Origin: Tubulanus polymorphus
Lineage: Eukaryota; Animalia; Nemertea
NCBI RefSeq assembly: GCF_964204645.1
Contig: NC_134027.1
Location: 24,080,560 to 24,144,559, forward strand
DNA length: 64,000 bases
Reading direction: 5' to 3'
Made by a program: the position numbers and the translations under genes. This document shows, in pieces, positions 1 to 11,383 of this stretch. Numbering within the stretch: the first letter of the stretch is position 1; the number at the start of each line of letters is the position of its first letter. The notes under the pieces were generated by a model. It saw only the letters and a list, made by a program, of their open reading frames with translations. It made no database searches and was not told where the DNA came from.

Positions 1-192
1 CCTTCGCTGAAATCTCGAGGTGAAATTTTCACATTGTTGATTCCGGCGTCGCGGAGGTGCGCGCGCAACGTCTTCACGGAATCGAAGCAGACGATAGGCT
101 CGATTTTACTCGATTCGGTCACGTATTTATCGTGTACCTGCCGCAACCCGTCGCATTCTCTTTCCGATAAGAAATCGTCGAATAGATAAACT
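1..192 (-). CDS. Second coding exon (runs off window) of a probable prolyl 4-hydroxylase-like 2OG-Fe(II) oxygenase
   Basis: Acceptor atttttag at 193-200 on the minus strand. Joins in phase 2 to exon 861-1744 and gives STVQ-VYLFDDFLSERECDGLRQVHDKYV..., matching the 'xxxxFLSxxECxxL' start of P4H catalytic domains. Open to the window edge. Confidence 0.6.
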
Positions 193-520
193 CTAAAAAT
201 ATGAGTTACATAGTTTTAAATCACCCGAAGAACACAAGAAAGTTATTGAAACGGTTTTTTTTTCGCGAAAATCAAAGTAGAAGTATGATAGGGTGCAAGC
301 TGTTCCGCGATCAAATATTTTGACTACTAAATATTTTCACATCACTTTTTCTAATCACTTGAAGCGCGGATCGACCGCCATAAATATTATCAAAAGAAAA
401 ACATTCTTCGTCATTTGTTGTCGTAATTTTCAAATGCGCATGTTAAAAAGATGTGTGGTCATGGGTCATGGTGTCACTTTCATTCTTCCCTTGCTCCTGT
501 CTACTTCAAATGAACATTAA

Positions 521-733
521 GGCTAAAAAAAGATTCCTTGTTTCTCATTTCCGCTGAGCATAAAGGTTGACCCGACCGGCAGCCTATCTACCCTATACAT
601 TACTATTTCTAAAATCATGATCAGGCTTACCATAATAGACCAGACAGCTATAGAAATAAACTGATTACAAATTTTATTGCAGTTTACAAAATGACCCGGC
701 CGATTAGGAGAAACATGGTATTTTGGTTTAGCC
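521..733. mobile_element. MITE, PIF/Harbinger-like, copy 1
   Basis: Ends GGCTAAA...TTTAGCC with imperfect TIRs. Aligns along its whole length with 1852-2063. Confidence 0.65.
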
Positions 734-860
734 AAATAGAAAAATTTGTTTCCCTTCGCCCCTCCAATTTTTCATCGGGAAAATCCATACTCACAGTAAT
801 TGAGAGGCCGGGACAATAACATCGAAATGGGGGTCTCGAGTGAAATAAGTAAATACTTAC

Positions 861-1744
861 TGGACGGTACTATTGTTTTCGTTGATATGTAGTAAGTTCA
901 TGGGTGGAATCCTGCGCCCGCCGTCGAAGATCTTTTTCGGTGTGATCGAATTCTGAATGGTGACTTTGTGAGCTTTAACCTGTTTCATCAACTCGTCGTC
1001 TTTAGCAGACGATGCCGTTGTTGTTGGCGGCGGCTTCGGTTGTCGTTTCTGATTTTTTACATTTTTTCCTGCCGTCGATTTTTCGTTTATCTTTTTCCCC
1101 GGTTTCTGTTCGGGTGACTTTTTCGCTTTTGTCGGTTTCGGTTTGACCGATTGTTCGTCGACACTTTCCGTTTTTCTCCGGGCGGATTTTTCCTGTTTTT
1201 TATCTGTACTTTTACCTTTTCGTTCTTCGTCCACTGTCTCATCTTCGGTTTTGGGCGGTTTTTCAACTGTTTTCATTTTCTGCTCGTCTCTATTTTCATC
1301 ACCCGTTCTTTTAATTTCTTTAACCGTTTCTATTTTCTCTCGCTGTCCGTTTTGACTCGGTGGACGAAGTTCTTCTCGTCCCGAAGTCTTCGCATTTTGA
1401 AGTAGTTTATCCTGCGCGGATATCGCGTCAGATCCTCCCGTACTCACGCTATTTAAACTGTCGTCTGCTGTTCGCACGTCGGCCGTTTTCTCCGACGCCA
1501 CATTTTCGGCGACCGTTTGAAAAACGTCGCCCGACACCCCAGTCGCCGGTGCGGGTTTACAAAGTTTACTCTCTCGCACGTATTCCAAAAGCGAATCTGA
1601 ATTTGAGTATATCGCCACACCGAATGCAGTACCGACTACGAAGCCTAACAACAGACCCAGCGTTAGCAGAAGGCTTTCTCCACCAGTTCGCTCTCGTTTT
1701 TTGGCGTTTTCATGCTTATCTTTTTGCTGGGATTTTGATTGCAT
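861..1744 (-). CDS. First coding exon of the same gene: N-terminal signal anchor plus long Lys/Glu-rich stalk
   Basis: ATG at 1744; acceptor AG at 1778-1779; donor gtaag at 860-856. Hydrophobic segment LLLTLGLLLGFVVGTAFGVAIY follows a basic N-terminus (type II membrane topology). Confidence 0.75.
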
Positions 1745-1851
1745 ATCAACAAGATTCGCAGATCCCTCGGAATTAGTCTGAAATCGGCAATGATAAATGG
1801 TCTAATTAAAACAAAAACCGTTTTTTTAGTTTCATACTGGCCTGCACCTAA

Positions 1852-2063
1852 GGCTAAAAATTGATACCTTGTTTCTCCACTCTGCTGAACTTAAAAGTTG
1901 ACCCGACCGGCCGCCTATCTACCCTGTACATTACTTTTTTAATTGAAAATCTTTATCAGGCTAACCATAACACCCGGCAGCTATAATGAACTGGTTACAA
2001 ATTTTATTGGAGTTTACAAAAGTGACCCGGCCGCTGCAGAGAAAGAAAGTATCCTTTTTAGGC
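1852..2063. mobile_element. MITE, PIF/Harbinger-like, copy 2
   Basis: Same family as 521-733. Flanked by TAA on both sides (1849-1851 and 2064-2066). Confidence 0.65.
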
Positions 2064-3916
2064 TAATCCTTGATTTTTACAGTATAATCATCAGTAGTTC
2101 TAGATAAGTTTACCAATTATAATTAGTAACCGTATAAACCATTATGATCTTTCATGTATTTCAACTCAAAACTCGCTGTTAATCAATGAAAATGAGCAAT
2201 TCAGACGCCGTTGGTCTCGAAAAATGACACGATGAAAATCGAATCCACCCCTTTCGCACCCGACGAATATTTTTTTGAGGCTGTAACAAAAAAGTGCCCG
2301 CCCGCGTTCATAGACGCAATATAGCTGCTGACCTTTTTCATTTCAAATCAAAACTTTCACGATCCAAATTCCATGCACACAAGATTTTGATTCGGACGTT
2401 AGAAAACCTTTTTTTACGAAAAAGTAAATTATCTTTTATTTACTAATCATCATCAATTACAACAAATTAGCTTATAATAGAGACTCATCTTCCAGTCCGA
2501 TTGGCTTTCGAACCGGCAAATTTAATGGCGCTAAAATATATATAAGTCTGGCCAAATAACAAGATACCAATTTGTCTGAATAAAGTCAATAGCCTACTTC
2601 TATATAATAGAACTACTTAGGTAAAGTTCTATGATAAGCCGCCGTATTTTACATTAGGTTCGATCGTCGTAATTACCCAAACCTTTCGCAGGTTGCTGAT
2701 AATTTATGACAACTTATGAACTTGATGCCTACCTTTTTTCTTTGCATTTTAGCTAATCCTTCGATGGGCAGTGGCAACACCGGCTGTATAGAAACTACTG
2801 CACAGTACAGCGAGGTCTGAAACCATGAGTCGGCGCTAGATTTGTACGGACATGAACGATCATGTGACTGATAAGGATGACCGACATGCGGCTTCACATT
2901 CGCTTTTCACATGCGTCACATGCGCCCCGAACACTGGCGTCGATTTTGAGGATATTTCGCATCGCGGAACCTATTTGACAAGCATAGATTAAATTTCATG
3001 AAGACAAGACTAATTTCTAACAAATTTCGAACTATTTTCGACGCTGAATTGGATTCAAATTCAATTAAATTTATTGCCGGCCCACTAGCACATGTGGCAC
3101 GCATGTTCGGCACATGCGGAAATGATTTTCCGATAACAATATTTGGAAATTGTCAAATTTAGCTAGAAGGTATGTCTTTCAAGCGGAATTTTCACTTTTC
3201 TTGGCATTCATTTGCTCGACTGAATCGATTTTGATGTTGCAAAATTTTGAAAATCTCTGTAAAATCCGATAAACTGAAATAATGTGCCTTTCATTCGCGA
3301 TCAATACAAATCTAAATTAAGTATATTAATTATTATTTATTTCAGTTACGCTATCGGCGATATTTTGATAATCCGTTTGAGATATCAAGATATTCCTATT
3401 CGCTCTTGGTTAGATAATAAGTAGGCCTAACGGGACTGTGGTTTAGTTAGTATTCCAGTACTCACAGTAAGTAGTAGTAACCACTGTTAACGGACTGTCC
3501 GTGCCGGACTACTACGGTTTAACCTCAGGTGACCTAGCTCGGTCATTTTGGATGCTGATAAAAGTCTTATTAGGACCAGAAAGCACTGATCTAGGCCACC
3601 TGATGTGCTGTCAAGTCAAGTTGAAATAGACAGTCAGTTACCAAACTGCAGTTAAATTTAAACTGCAGTTAAATTAATAAGAATATTATACTGAAAAAAT
3701 GAAAATTATACTATAATTTTCACTTTTTTTAAGACCCTCGTCCCACTGAGGGCATTATTAGCGGGGAATCTTAATAGTATCTTAGTAGGGTTTTTCTGAG
3801 ATGAAAACTAAGCGGCGGAGTTCTTCTACAAGTTATTTTTTAATTTAGGAGCTGTAGTTATGAGAAATATCGTCTATTTCCAGGTCAGAAGTGGTTTTTA
3901 GTGAATCGACTTTACG

Positions 3917-4074
3917 ATGACGACTGAAGATTCGGGACTGAGAGCTCGAAACGTGCATAAACTTCATCAACTGTCGCAGTATTACCAGAGCGAATGTCCG
4001 CCCCTAGGACGTTTCTATTCATCGTGTATTCTTACTAAAAGTGTGGTGGAAAATATCTCGACGGATAACACCAG
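3917..4074 (+). CDS. C18orf21: C18orf21/UPF0711 (RMP24, RNase MRP subunit)-like protein, coding exon 1
   Basis: Acceptor at 3883, ATG at 3917, donor AG|gtacgg at 4075 (phase 2). ECPPLGRFY resembles vertebrate SCPGQARYL. Confidence 0.75.
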
Positions 4075-4226
4075 GTACGGTTATTCCTGTGCGCAGGTAT
4101 TCATCTGATTCTGCAGCCTGGAACTTTCCCCGTAGACAATCAACACTTCAGTGCAATGCCAAGATGATTTGCTCGTAAAATGACATTGTTCTGGAGTAAG
4201 TGATCACGTCAATTAAAAGTCAGAGT

Positions 4227-4470
4227 ACATGTGAAGTGTAGATTATCAGTTTTCGAAAAAATATGGTGATAAAATGTCTCGTATTTGTAGTTCATGTTCG
4301 ATCTAAAATGACTCGGTGAAGTCCTGAACACGTGAAGTGTGGATGATCACTTTTTGAAAATGTGCTGATAAAATGTCTAATGTCTGGTGTTTTTAGTGCA
4401 TTTTCAATTAAATACGTCTCAGGTGAAGCACTGAACGCATGTGAAGTGTGGATGAGGAGTTTTTTGAAGT
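4227..4470. repeat. Diverged tandem repeat, about 105-bp unit, about 2.3 copies
   Basis: The block gtgaagtgt(a/g)gat recurs near 4231, 4332 and 4441. Confidence 0.55.
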
Positions 4471-4568
4471 ATTGACTATGATTGCATCACATTATTGCTA
4501 ATCCGCACTCAGTTGGACCTACTGGACCCATGGTCCCTTGTTAAATTTTACAATTTTGTTATTTTCAG

Positions 4569-5223
4569 ACAGATACCCACGTCATGCTTGTATTGTCACA
4601 ATCCGTTTTGGCCGAACGGGTGTCGGATGGTCCTGCGCGCGAAAATGCCGGCGAACGAACGCACGCGAAAACTGTCGAAACGCGCGAGCGTGCGTGGGAC
4701 GAATGCGTTGAGCGGAAAACACCGGCACGTCGTCGAAAAGTTCGAACGCAGTTGTAGCCGCGTGAAGATTACCTGTAATCTGTGCGGTAAACATCAGCTG
4801 GTCGACGGTCGGTCGCGCGCCGATTTAGACGCCAAGAACGCGGCGGCCAGCGCGGCTCGCGCAGCCGAGCGCGAGGTGCCCGCCGAACCGCTAACGAAAG
4901 CCCAAAAGAAACGAAAGAAGAAAAAGGAGCGTTACGAATCTAAGAACTCGGCGGCGCAGATATCAGCAGCCGTATCGACCGCTAATCGACCGGAAACCGC
5001 AATTAGGACGGACGATAGAGTTCGGTCCGCGAAGTTCGGCGCTCGGAAACATCGCGATCGAGTCGTCGAAGCGGTGAATTCTCGACCAGCGTCCAGCGCG
5101 AGTTCATCAAAATCGGGCAATCGAAAAAAGGAGGGAAAACTGCAGAAATTGTTACTCGATTCGAAAAGACAATCAGGCAAACCGACCGGTTCGAGTTTGC
5201 AGGATTTCTTATCAAGTTTGTGA
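4569..5223 (+). CDS. C18orf21: C18orf21/RMP24-like protein, coding exon 2 (Rpp21/Rpr2-type CxxC...CxxC zinc ribbon)
   Basis: Acceptor ttttcag at 4568, in phase with exon 1. CLYC...ITCNLC, GRSR, basic tail and C-terminal LQKLL...LQDFLSSL as in C18orf21 homologues. AATAAA at 5237-5242. Confidence 0.8.
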
Positions 5224-7770
5224 AAATAGGGGTCTGAATAAATATCACGCATTGTTTCTTAAAGGAATTCTTTTGAATATTTTTTGTTTATAGCTCTCGG
5301 GATCTATTTCCTCAACTCGGAGATGAGAATTGTACAGGATGTCTCTGAAAATGTGTTATCCGAAGCTTTAACTTTGATGAGGCTAAATAAAAAATGGTTC
5401 TCTGCAGCGGCCAGGTCGCTTATGTCTCCAACAAATTGTAATTGGTTCATTCATTTCTATAGCTGCACGGTCATCTCAAGTGGTCATGGTGTCCCTGGAT
5501 CTCTAATTCAATTTTTTCATCATCCGGCAGAGGTGAATATAACATTTAAAAAGATTTTTGCTAATTTTCTCACAGAATTCGGAAAAATTTATATTTGACT
5601 TTTATTCAAATTTCGAAGGCGGTTCCCGTAAACTCGGCTACATTATTAAGAAAAAGCCCTAAGCTTGAATCTCATGAACGCGCCTCTAAGTCCGGCATCG
5701 GTGGAGAAACAGCCCGTCATCCGGGTTTGTAATCCGAGATTTAGTCAACACCAGAAAAACGGAAAAAGAAAGCCCTCCATCAACTCGACTCGTCCCTGAT
5801 TATTGTAAATAAACGAACGCACGTGCTTTTCATGGAGCTTTTACCTTAAATACTGACATTCACCGGCCTGGAAAATAACATTACTTGAAGTAAATCGGAC
5901 CATTCACGAACACATGGACTCGTATCAGAGTTGTAGGTACGGTAGCCGCCCGTGACAACTTGAACTTGAACTTGAACTTTAAAGGGTAACTGACACTTTT
6001 TAAAAGATTTTCTACTTTTTACACTAAACGATATGTTATAGTATACAATAAGGCTAGGTGATTTCATAATTGGACAAATCTTTTCAATCTAGTCAGAATT
6101 GATGATTTTGATGTTCGCGCACCTGTTCAGTGTATACATTGCTTCTGCTGAACGCGTGGTACTGTGTCTATTAATAGAACTACGTCACTAAAGTAACGGC
6201 TCGGAAATGATGTCTATAGAAATGAATAGGAAATAAGCTACAAGAGCAATTCAACTTAATTTTATACCTATTTGGCATTCGAATTGAGACAAAATGCCTC
6301 TTGATTTTGAAAGTCTACATATTAATGATTATACTTAACTGTTGAATGGACCATATCCGTTCCAACTAAGCGCAAAAATAGGATTTGAATAGCAATCCAT
6401 GGCATTTTCTAGTAGACAGCAGGGAACACGGATGTTTAAATCATCGTTTTGTAATATCATTTAGTGATAGTAAGTAAGATCATGGTTAGATCTAAGAATA
6501 TTTTGACTAATGAACTGATGATGAAACTTAGACAGAATTAGCCGCAAGAATAATTTCAATTCTTTTCTTGAAATATACCTCGTATTGGTAGCGGCTTTGG
6601 TCACAAAATAAGAATATTTCCTCATCCATCCTATTTTAAAACTTAGAAATAACATTTGTGAAAGATTTGTGATGTAATCTATCAAAACTCTTCTGCAGCG
6701 TGAAACTTTAATCGAAAAACATTATTCTTTGAATATTTGTTGTAAAGCTGTAGAAATTTATGAAAGTTTTTGTAGAGTTTTGAAGTGTTAGTTTTAAAAC
6801 TAGGCCTACTTAGTCTTAAATGACTTTGAAAAATAGTAAACGAATATGAATCTATTTATTCTTTAGCGAGATCGAAATCTGTGATTACATAAGACACTGT
6901 AGTATGCTTGTGGTGCTGAACTATAGGTGAACTATGGAGCAGCAGTAACAGTGCTGAGAGCTTAGCATAGTGTACTTTAAAATAGCTTCATAGCAGCGGA
7001 TTGAAATCTGCATCTTCAATTTGATCGATTTAGCCTATTCAAATTACTCATTGATTCTTTGAAATAGGTTTATGCAATAGACAATAGATCCTTTTAACTC
7101 CCTGGCCAGTTTCAAAGCTGTAAAACAATCTGGCATTGAGATATAACAGAAAATACACGCAGTTTCCTCAAAATTCAACACATTTCTATAGACGCTATTT
7201 CTCAGCTCTGCCTGTAATGACGTTGCAGCGCGCACCTGCTGATTTAGCCGACGCTGAACAGTAAGCGATGTAAACAACGAAATGAGGTCAAAAATCTTGT
7301 TACAAAATCACAAATTGCGCGTTAACTAAACATTTTGGAACAGAACGGTTGAAGATGAGTGTATAGATCAATAGAATACATCATATTTTGAAATTAAAAA
7401 AAAAGTGTCAGTTACCCTTTAATTTTATTGCTCCAAATACAAGTTACATAGGAAATGACATGCAATAAAATATTAACATCAAAACACAGGGAAAACAGTA
7501 CAAGAGTGGACATTCAGGTGACAGAATGCAACATCCAGTCAGTTGCCGTTGTTGGATTCAGGCGATTTCGTCGGCCGACTAAATCGCCGAAGGCGATCGC
7601 CCGGACACACAGGCCACTGGGCGATTTTAATGGCGATTTCGTCGACAAAATCGTCCAGTGTGTCCAGGCCTTACTTTTCATGAAGTCATTTAGTTTAATT
7701 AAGCATACCAGTACATCTCAGAACCCTAGGACTAAAATGCGTGCATCCCTTTCTGGAATATGAATAATAA

Positions 7771-7806
7771 CAAAAATTCATAAAGACTAGTCTTTATGAA
7801 TTTTTG
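7771..7806. repeat. 36-bp perfect palindrome
   Basis: caaaaattcataaagact|agtctttatgaatttttg. Confidence 0.85.
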
Positions 7807-8065
7807 ATAATAATCATAATAATTTATTTTTCATTTAACTTAAAGTACAAGATATAATAACGACAATAGTGAAGAGAAATAACAGTTAAATGAAGGAAGC
7901 AGTCAAAGCCTAGAAGCTGTACACGTCACTGCACTTGAAAAAATTATAATGATTATAGAAGTAATAATAATAATAATAATAATATTAATATTAATAATAA
8001 TAATTATAATATGAAGAAATATATTTGTCTTAATCTTAGGGCTCTCACACGTCACAACGGATGAA

Positions 8066-8302
8066 ATGATCGCCCGAATGATTTACCGCGGAGCCTCCAG
8101 TGAAACGATCGTAGCTAAAGGAAATCGATTATCGAATGCGCTCATATCAAACAGTCGATCATGTGCTATCGGGACTAGTTGCGCTTTGACTAAAGTCGGA
8201 GATATGTGTTCGAAATGGCGGGAGAAGTTTAGCGCGATGAACGTTCCGGAACCCAGACAGTCGGTAGAATCAATAGTTGCTCATGTGCTCAATAGAAAAA
8301 CG
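8066..8302 (+). CDS. HEMK1: HemK/PrmC release-factor glutamine methyltransferase (mitochondrial), coding exon 1
   Basis: Arg/Ser-rich transit-like N-terminus, then WREKF...VPEPRQSVESIVAHVL typical of HEMK1. Acceptor at 8039, donor gtaag at 8303. Confidence 0.85.
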
Positions 8303-8672
8303 GTAAGTAGCAAGGGCCCTACGACTTCTTGATTCTCCTTCTGAACTAAAAATGTTTTTAAAGGTGCTTGAAACTCCTTTGATTTGAGCGAAATTCCCGA
8401 ACCTGCTTTAAAACTCCTCCAATTTTGAGGAATAGGCAATTAGAAATTTTGTCTCCTAGTAATGCAAAAGACTATTTCGGAGGAAATTATGTTTTGGCTT
8501 ACATCTATTTCCAAATCGGACGCAAGGAAGTGGATATTTTGCCATTGGCATTATTCTAATGAACAGTATTTTGCCTAATAATGAATTCAAGGCCGTACCT
8601 AACAATTTGAATGTTGTGGGGGGGACCATAACAAGGGCAGTTATTTCAATTCAAATGCTGATATGATTCTTC

Positions 8673-9094
8673 CACAGGGGTTTGGCGATGGGCTTGGATT
8701 TTATTTCCGGGTTGTTGATAATCTCGCGAGAATGGCGCTAAATATGAACTGCGAATAAATTCAAAATATCACGGAAATACCTTGTGTTTATATTGTTTAT
8801 TTATCCGCTATAAAGTTTTGATAAACAATTGGTTGTTAAGAATCATTATCAGACGGTCGTCACGCTTTACTATATAAAATCAACTGTTCTTTTATATAGT
8901 AGCGTGACGACCGTCTGATAATGATTCTTAACGACCAATTGTTTATCGAAACTTTATAGCGGATAAATAAACAATATAAACACAAGGTATTTCCGTGATA
9001 TTTTGAATTTATTCGCAATTCATATTTAGCGCCATTCTCGCGAGATTATCAACAACCCGGAAATAAAATCCAAGCCCATCGCCAAACCCCTGTG
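8673..9094. mobile_element. 422-bp foldback MITE with 8-bp TSD (P-element- or hAT-like)
   Basis: Near-perfect arms of about 205 bp, CACAGGGG...CCCCTGTG, with a 10-nt spacer at 8880-8889. TSD GATTCTTC at 8665-8672 and 9095-9102. Confidence 0.9.
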
Positions 9095-9626
9095 GATTCT
9101 TCTTGTAAAAATTCTGTTGGACCTTTATCATATGCTTGTCAGTCCGCGTTGAATTTTTATTTAATAACAATTTAACATTTCATACACTTAAAAAAATCAT
9201 GTTTGCCCTAAATTCAACGCGGAAACAAGGTCTTTGAAAAGGGCACAAGCAGCTATGCTATTTTTTTTAAATCACGCTTCCACGAAAATTTAAGTACTGT
9301 AAGCTGAACGTGTCCTGAAAGTATATAATTACATTAATTGTGATTATAATTAGAATCATAGCCTACAATAAGAAATCACGATCTTCAATTAGGGCGAGAA
9401 AAAGAGTCTGAAAAAGATTTTGTGGTTATTGTTAGGTTTAGGCTTTCGATTAAAGCATTAAGGGAATATTTAGGTGGGTTCAGATTTTGCACTCATTTTT
9501 CATTGTTGCCTTCTTGGACGTCCAGCATCTTTTTTCAGCTACCAATCAGAATGAGCTTCAGGCAAACCAGCATTTTACAATTCCTTTGTATTCAAAGAAA
9601 AAATTATTTTCGGTATATGATTTCAG

Positions 9627-9709
9627 TTATTTGGTATTGAATATTCTGTCGAACTAAATGATAAACAGAAAGAAACTGTTGATCAGTTATGCATGAAAAG
9701 ATTAGAAAG
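9627..9709 (+). CDS. HEMK1: HEMK1 coding exon 2 (LFGIEYSVELNDKQKETVDQLCMKRLER)
   Basis: tttcag acceptor, AG|gtac donor, phases 0/2 consistent with neighbouring exons. Confidence 0.85.
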
Positions 9710-9835
9710 GTACGCGCTAGTTAAGTCTCATTTAAGAAATAATGATTGAGATGGCAAAAAGGGCTTATTACTGAAGTCATCTGAATCCTGTTCGAATAGA
9801 ATGATTAAAATATTTGATTGAAACTATATTTCAAG

Positions 9836-9929
9836 AATGCCGGTGCAGTACATAATTGGAGAATGGGACTTTTTGGATTACACGTTCATTTTGAAACCAC
9901 CAGTACTGATTCCTCGACCAGAAACTGAG
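9836..9929 (+). CDS. HEMK1: HEMK1 coding exon 3 ([12 protein letters not shown]...[10 protein letters not shown])
   Basis: Signature PxQYIxG and LIPRPETE motifs; GT-AG boundaries. Confidence 0.95.
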
Positions 9930-10286
9930 GTAGGCCTATTTCAGATGATCATCTTATGCCTACATGCGTCTGTCCATCAATCCATCCATCGATCCATCCA
10001 TATATAGATGGAATTTAGTTATTTTGACAAATTATGGAAAGATCATGATGGATTGTCTTGATATTTGACTTAGACATGTATCTACCCAAGACACATCTGC
10101 GCCCAAAACCTAACCCGATCAGAATCAAGATGGCCGACTAGCGGTACATTGGTTATTTTCAATATCGAGAGCTATCTCTTGGTTTTCATAGACTGTGCAT
10201 ATTTTAATTGAAGAAAAACCTGACAAGAGTAAATACTTTTAGTTCAAAAAGTTAGTTCAAATGCAAGTCATTTTATTTAAACTCAA

Positions 10287-10912
10287 CCTTTCAGTCTAAC
10301 TGAAGTGCTGGAGAAAGAAATATTCCCCCTCCACCCCATTGTGATATATAACGGGCATAGTGCACCTACAATGTGGTGCGGTGTATTGGTAGTTACTGAT
10401 ACATGTTTGACAGGTGCTGCCATTTTTCAATAGAGATAAAAACTTATTGCTAATTTACTCCACATTGCAGTGTATTAATCATCCTCGCTTGCCAGGGGTC
10501 CAGTATCACTCCCAAACTCGCTTCCACCAGCCCCCTGACCTCACGAAGCGTGATTTCATTACTGGCGCTGTTGAGAATGACGTCATATATTGATTTGCGA
10601 AATACTTCCTTGTTCGGTAAAACGTTCGCTGATTGGTCCATTTAACGCGAAAACCAACAGAAGTCTACTGTCGGTTTGTTACAAGCGCTGTGATTGGTAC
10701 GACCGGATTCTGGTCGGCTAGTAACGACTCCAACGACTCGTGAGGTCAAGGGGTTCGGGGAACAGCTTTAGCGTAGTGGGTTCGAATCCCTTGACGGGTG
10801 AAGATGTGTATTAATGTAATTTAATTACATTAATACACTGCAATGCGGAGTAGGCCTACTAGCGTACAGTCCATTACTGGTACCGCCATGCAGCGTAGAC
10901 GCACTGAAAGGG
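10287..10912 (-). mobile_element. Degraded piggyBac-type MITE interrupted by a second element
   Basis: Ends cctttcagt...gcactgaaaggg and internal blocks (tttgacaggtgctgccat) shared with 25915-26192 in reverse orientation. Confidence 0.6.
10480..10806. mobile_element. Nested non-autonomous element with 9-bp TSD (Mutator-like)
   Basis: TGTATTAAT at 10471-10479 and 10807-10815. Diverged TIRs of about 70 bp (catc...cccc(c/t)tgacctcacga at the same offset from both ends). Confidence 0.6.
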
Positions 10913-10987
10913 CTACGTGAAATTCAGTCTCAGTCCGGCATCAATTCTCCGAGAATGTTTCAAAAACTGTTCTTCTACTCATCGCAG

Positions 10988-11098
10988 GAACTGGTTTTGT
11001 TCGCCGAGAAAGATATCCGCGGCGCAGGAATGAAATTTTTAGAGATCGGCTCTGGAAGTGGCTGCGTTTCGATTTCTCTTCTGAAGAGACACGAAACG
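10988..11098 (+). CDS. HEMK1: HEMK1 coding exon 4 (SAM-binding motif I, LEIGSGSG)
   Basis: ELVLFAEK...FLEIGSGSGCVSISLL; cag acceptor, gtaag donor, 111 nt. Confidence 0.95.
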
Positions 11099-11133
11099 GT
11101 AAGAACTTTTTCATAAAAAATGTTTTGTTGAAA

Positions 11134-11383
11134 GAACGATGACCACACTCAAACATGGTGAACGGATGGTGAGGGCAAACACTAATTATTTACTCACTCA
11201 CCAATTTACTCAATTAACCTGTCCTCCTTGTATATATACCCCTGTTTTTAGTCTATTTCTCACACCTGACGATGATCTCTAGGGTGAGATCGAAACGTCG
11301 TGTCTTTTATATATTTTAGATTTAATAAATAAATTCTGGTTTTTAATTTCTTTTAATCTGTAAATAGTGGGATTTTATCTTAT
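11134..11383 (+). mobile_element. Short Penelope-like (pLTR-type) insertion
   Basis: 13-bp direct repeats TGTTTTGTTGAAA at 11121-11133 and 11384-11396. TATATA stretch, hammerhead motif, AATAAA and T-rich 3' part. Homologous to 35119-35305. Confidence 0.75.
11262..11303 (+). ncRNA. Minimal type I hammerhead ribozyme motif
   Basis: ACAC-CTGACGA-T-GATCTC(tagggt)GAGATC-GAAAC-GTC-GTGT: stem I ACAC/GTGT, 6-bp stem II, palindromic ACGT in place of stem III, GUC cleavage triplet. Confidence 0.8.

Noticed and set aside
10765-10795. GGGTTCGAATCCC tRNA T-arm-like motif
   Set aside because: No cloverleaf can be built around it; it lies in the TIR of a nested element.
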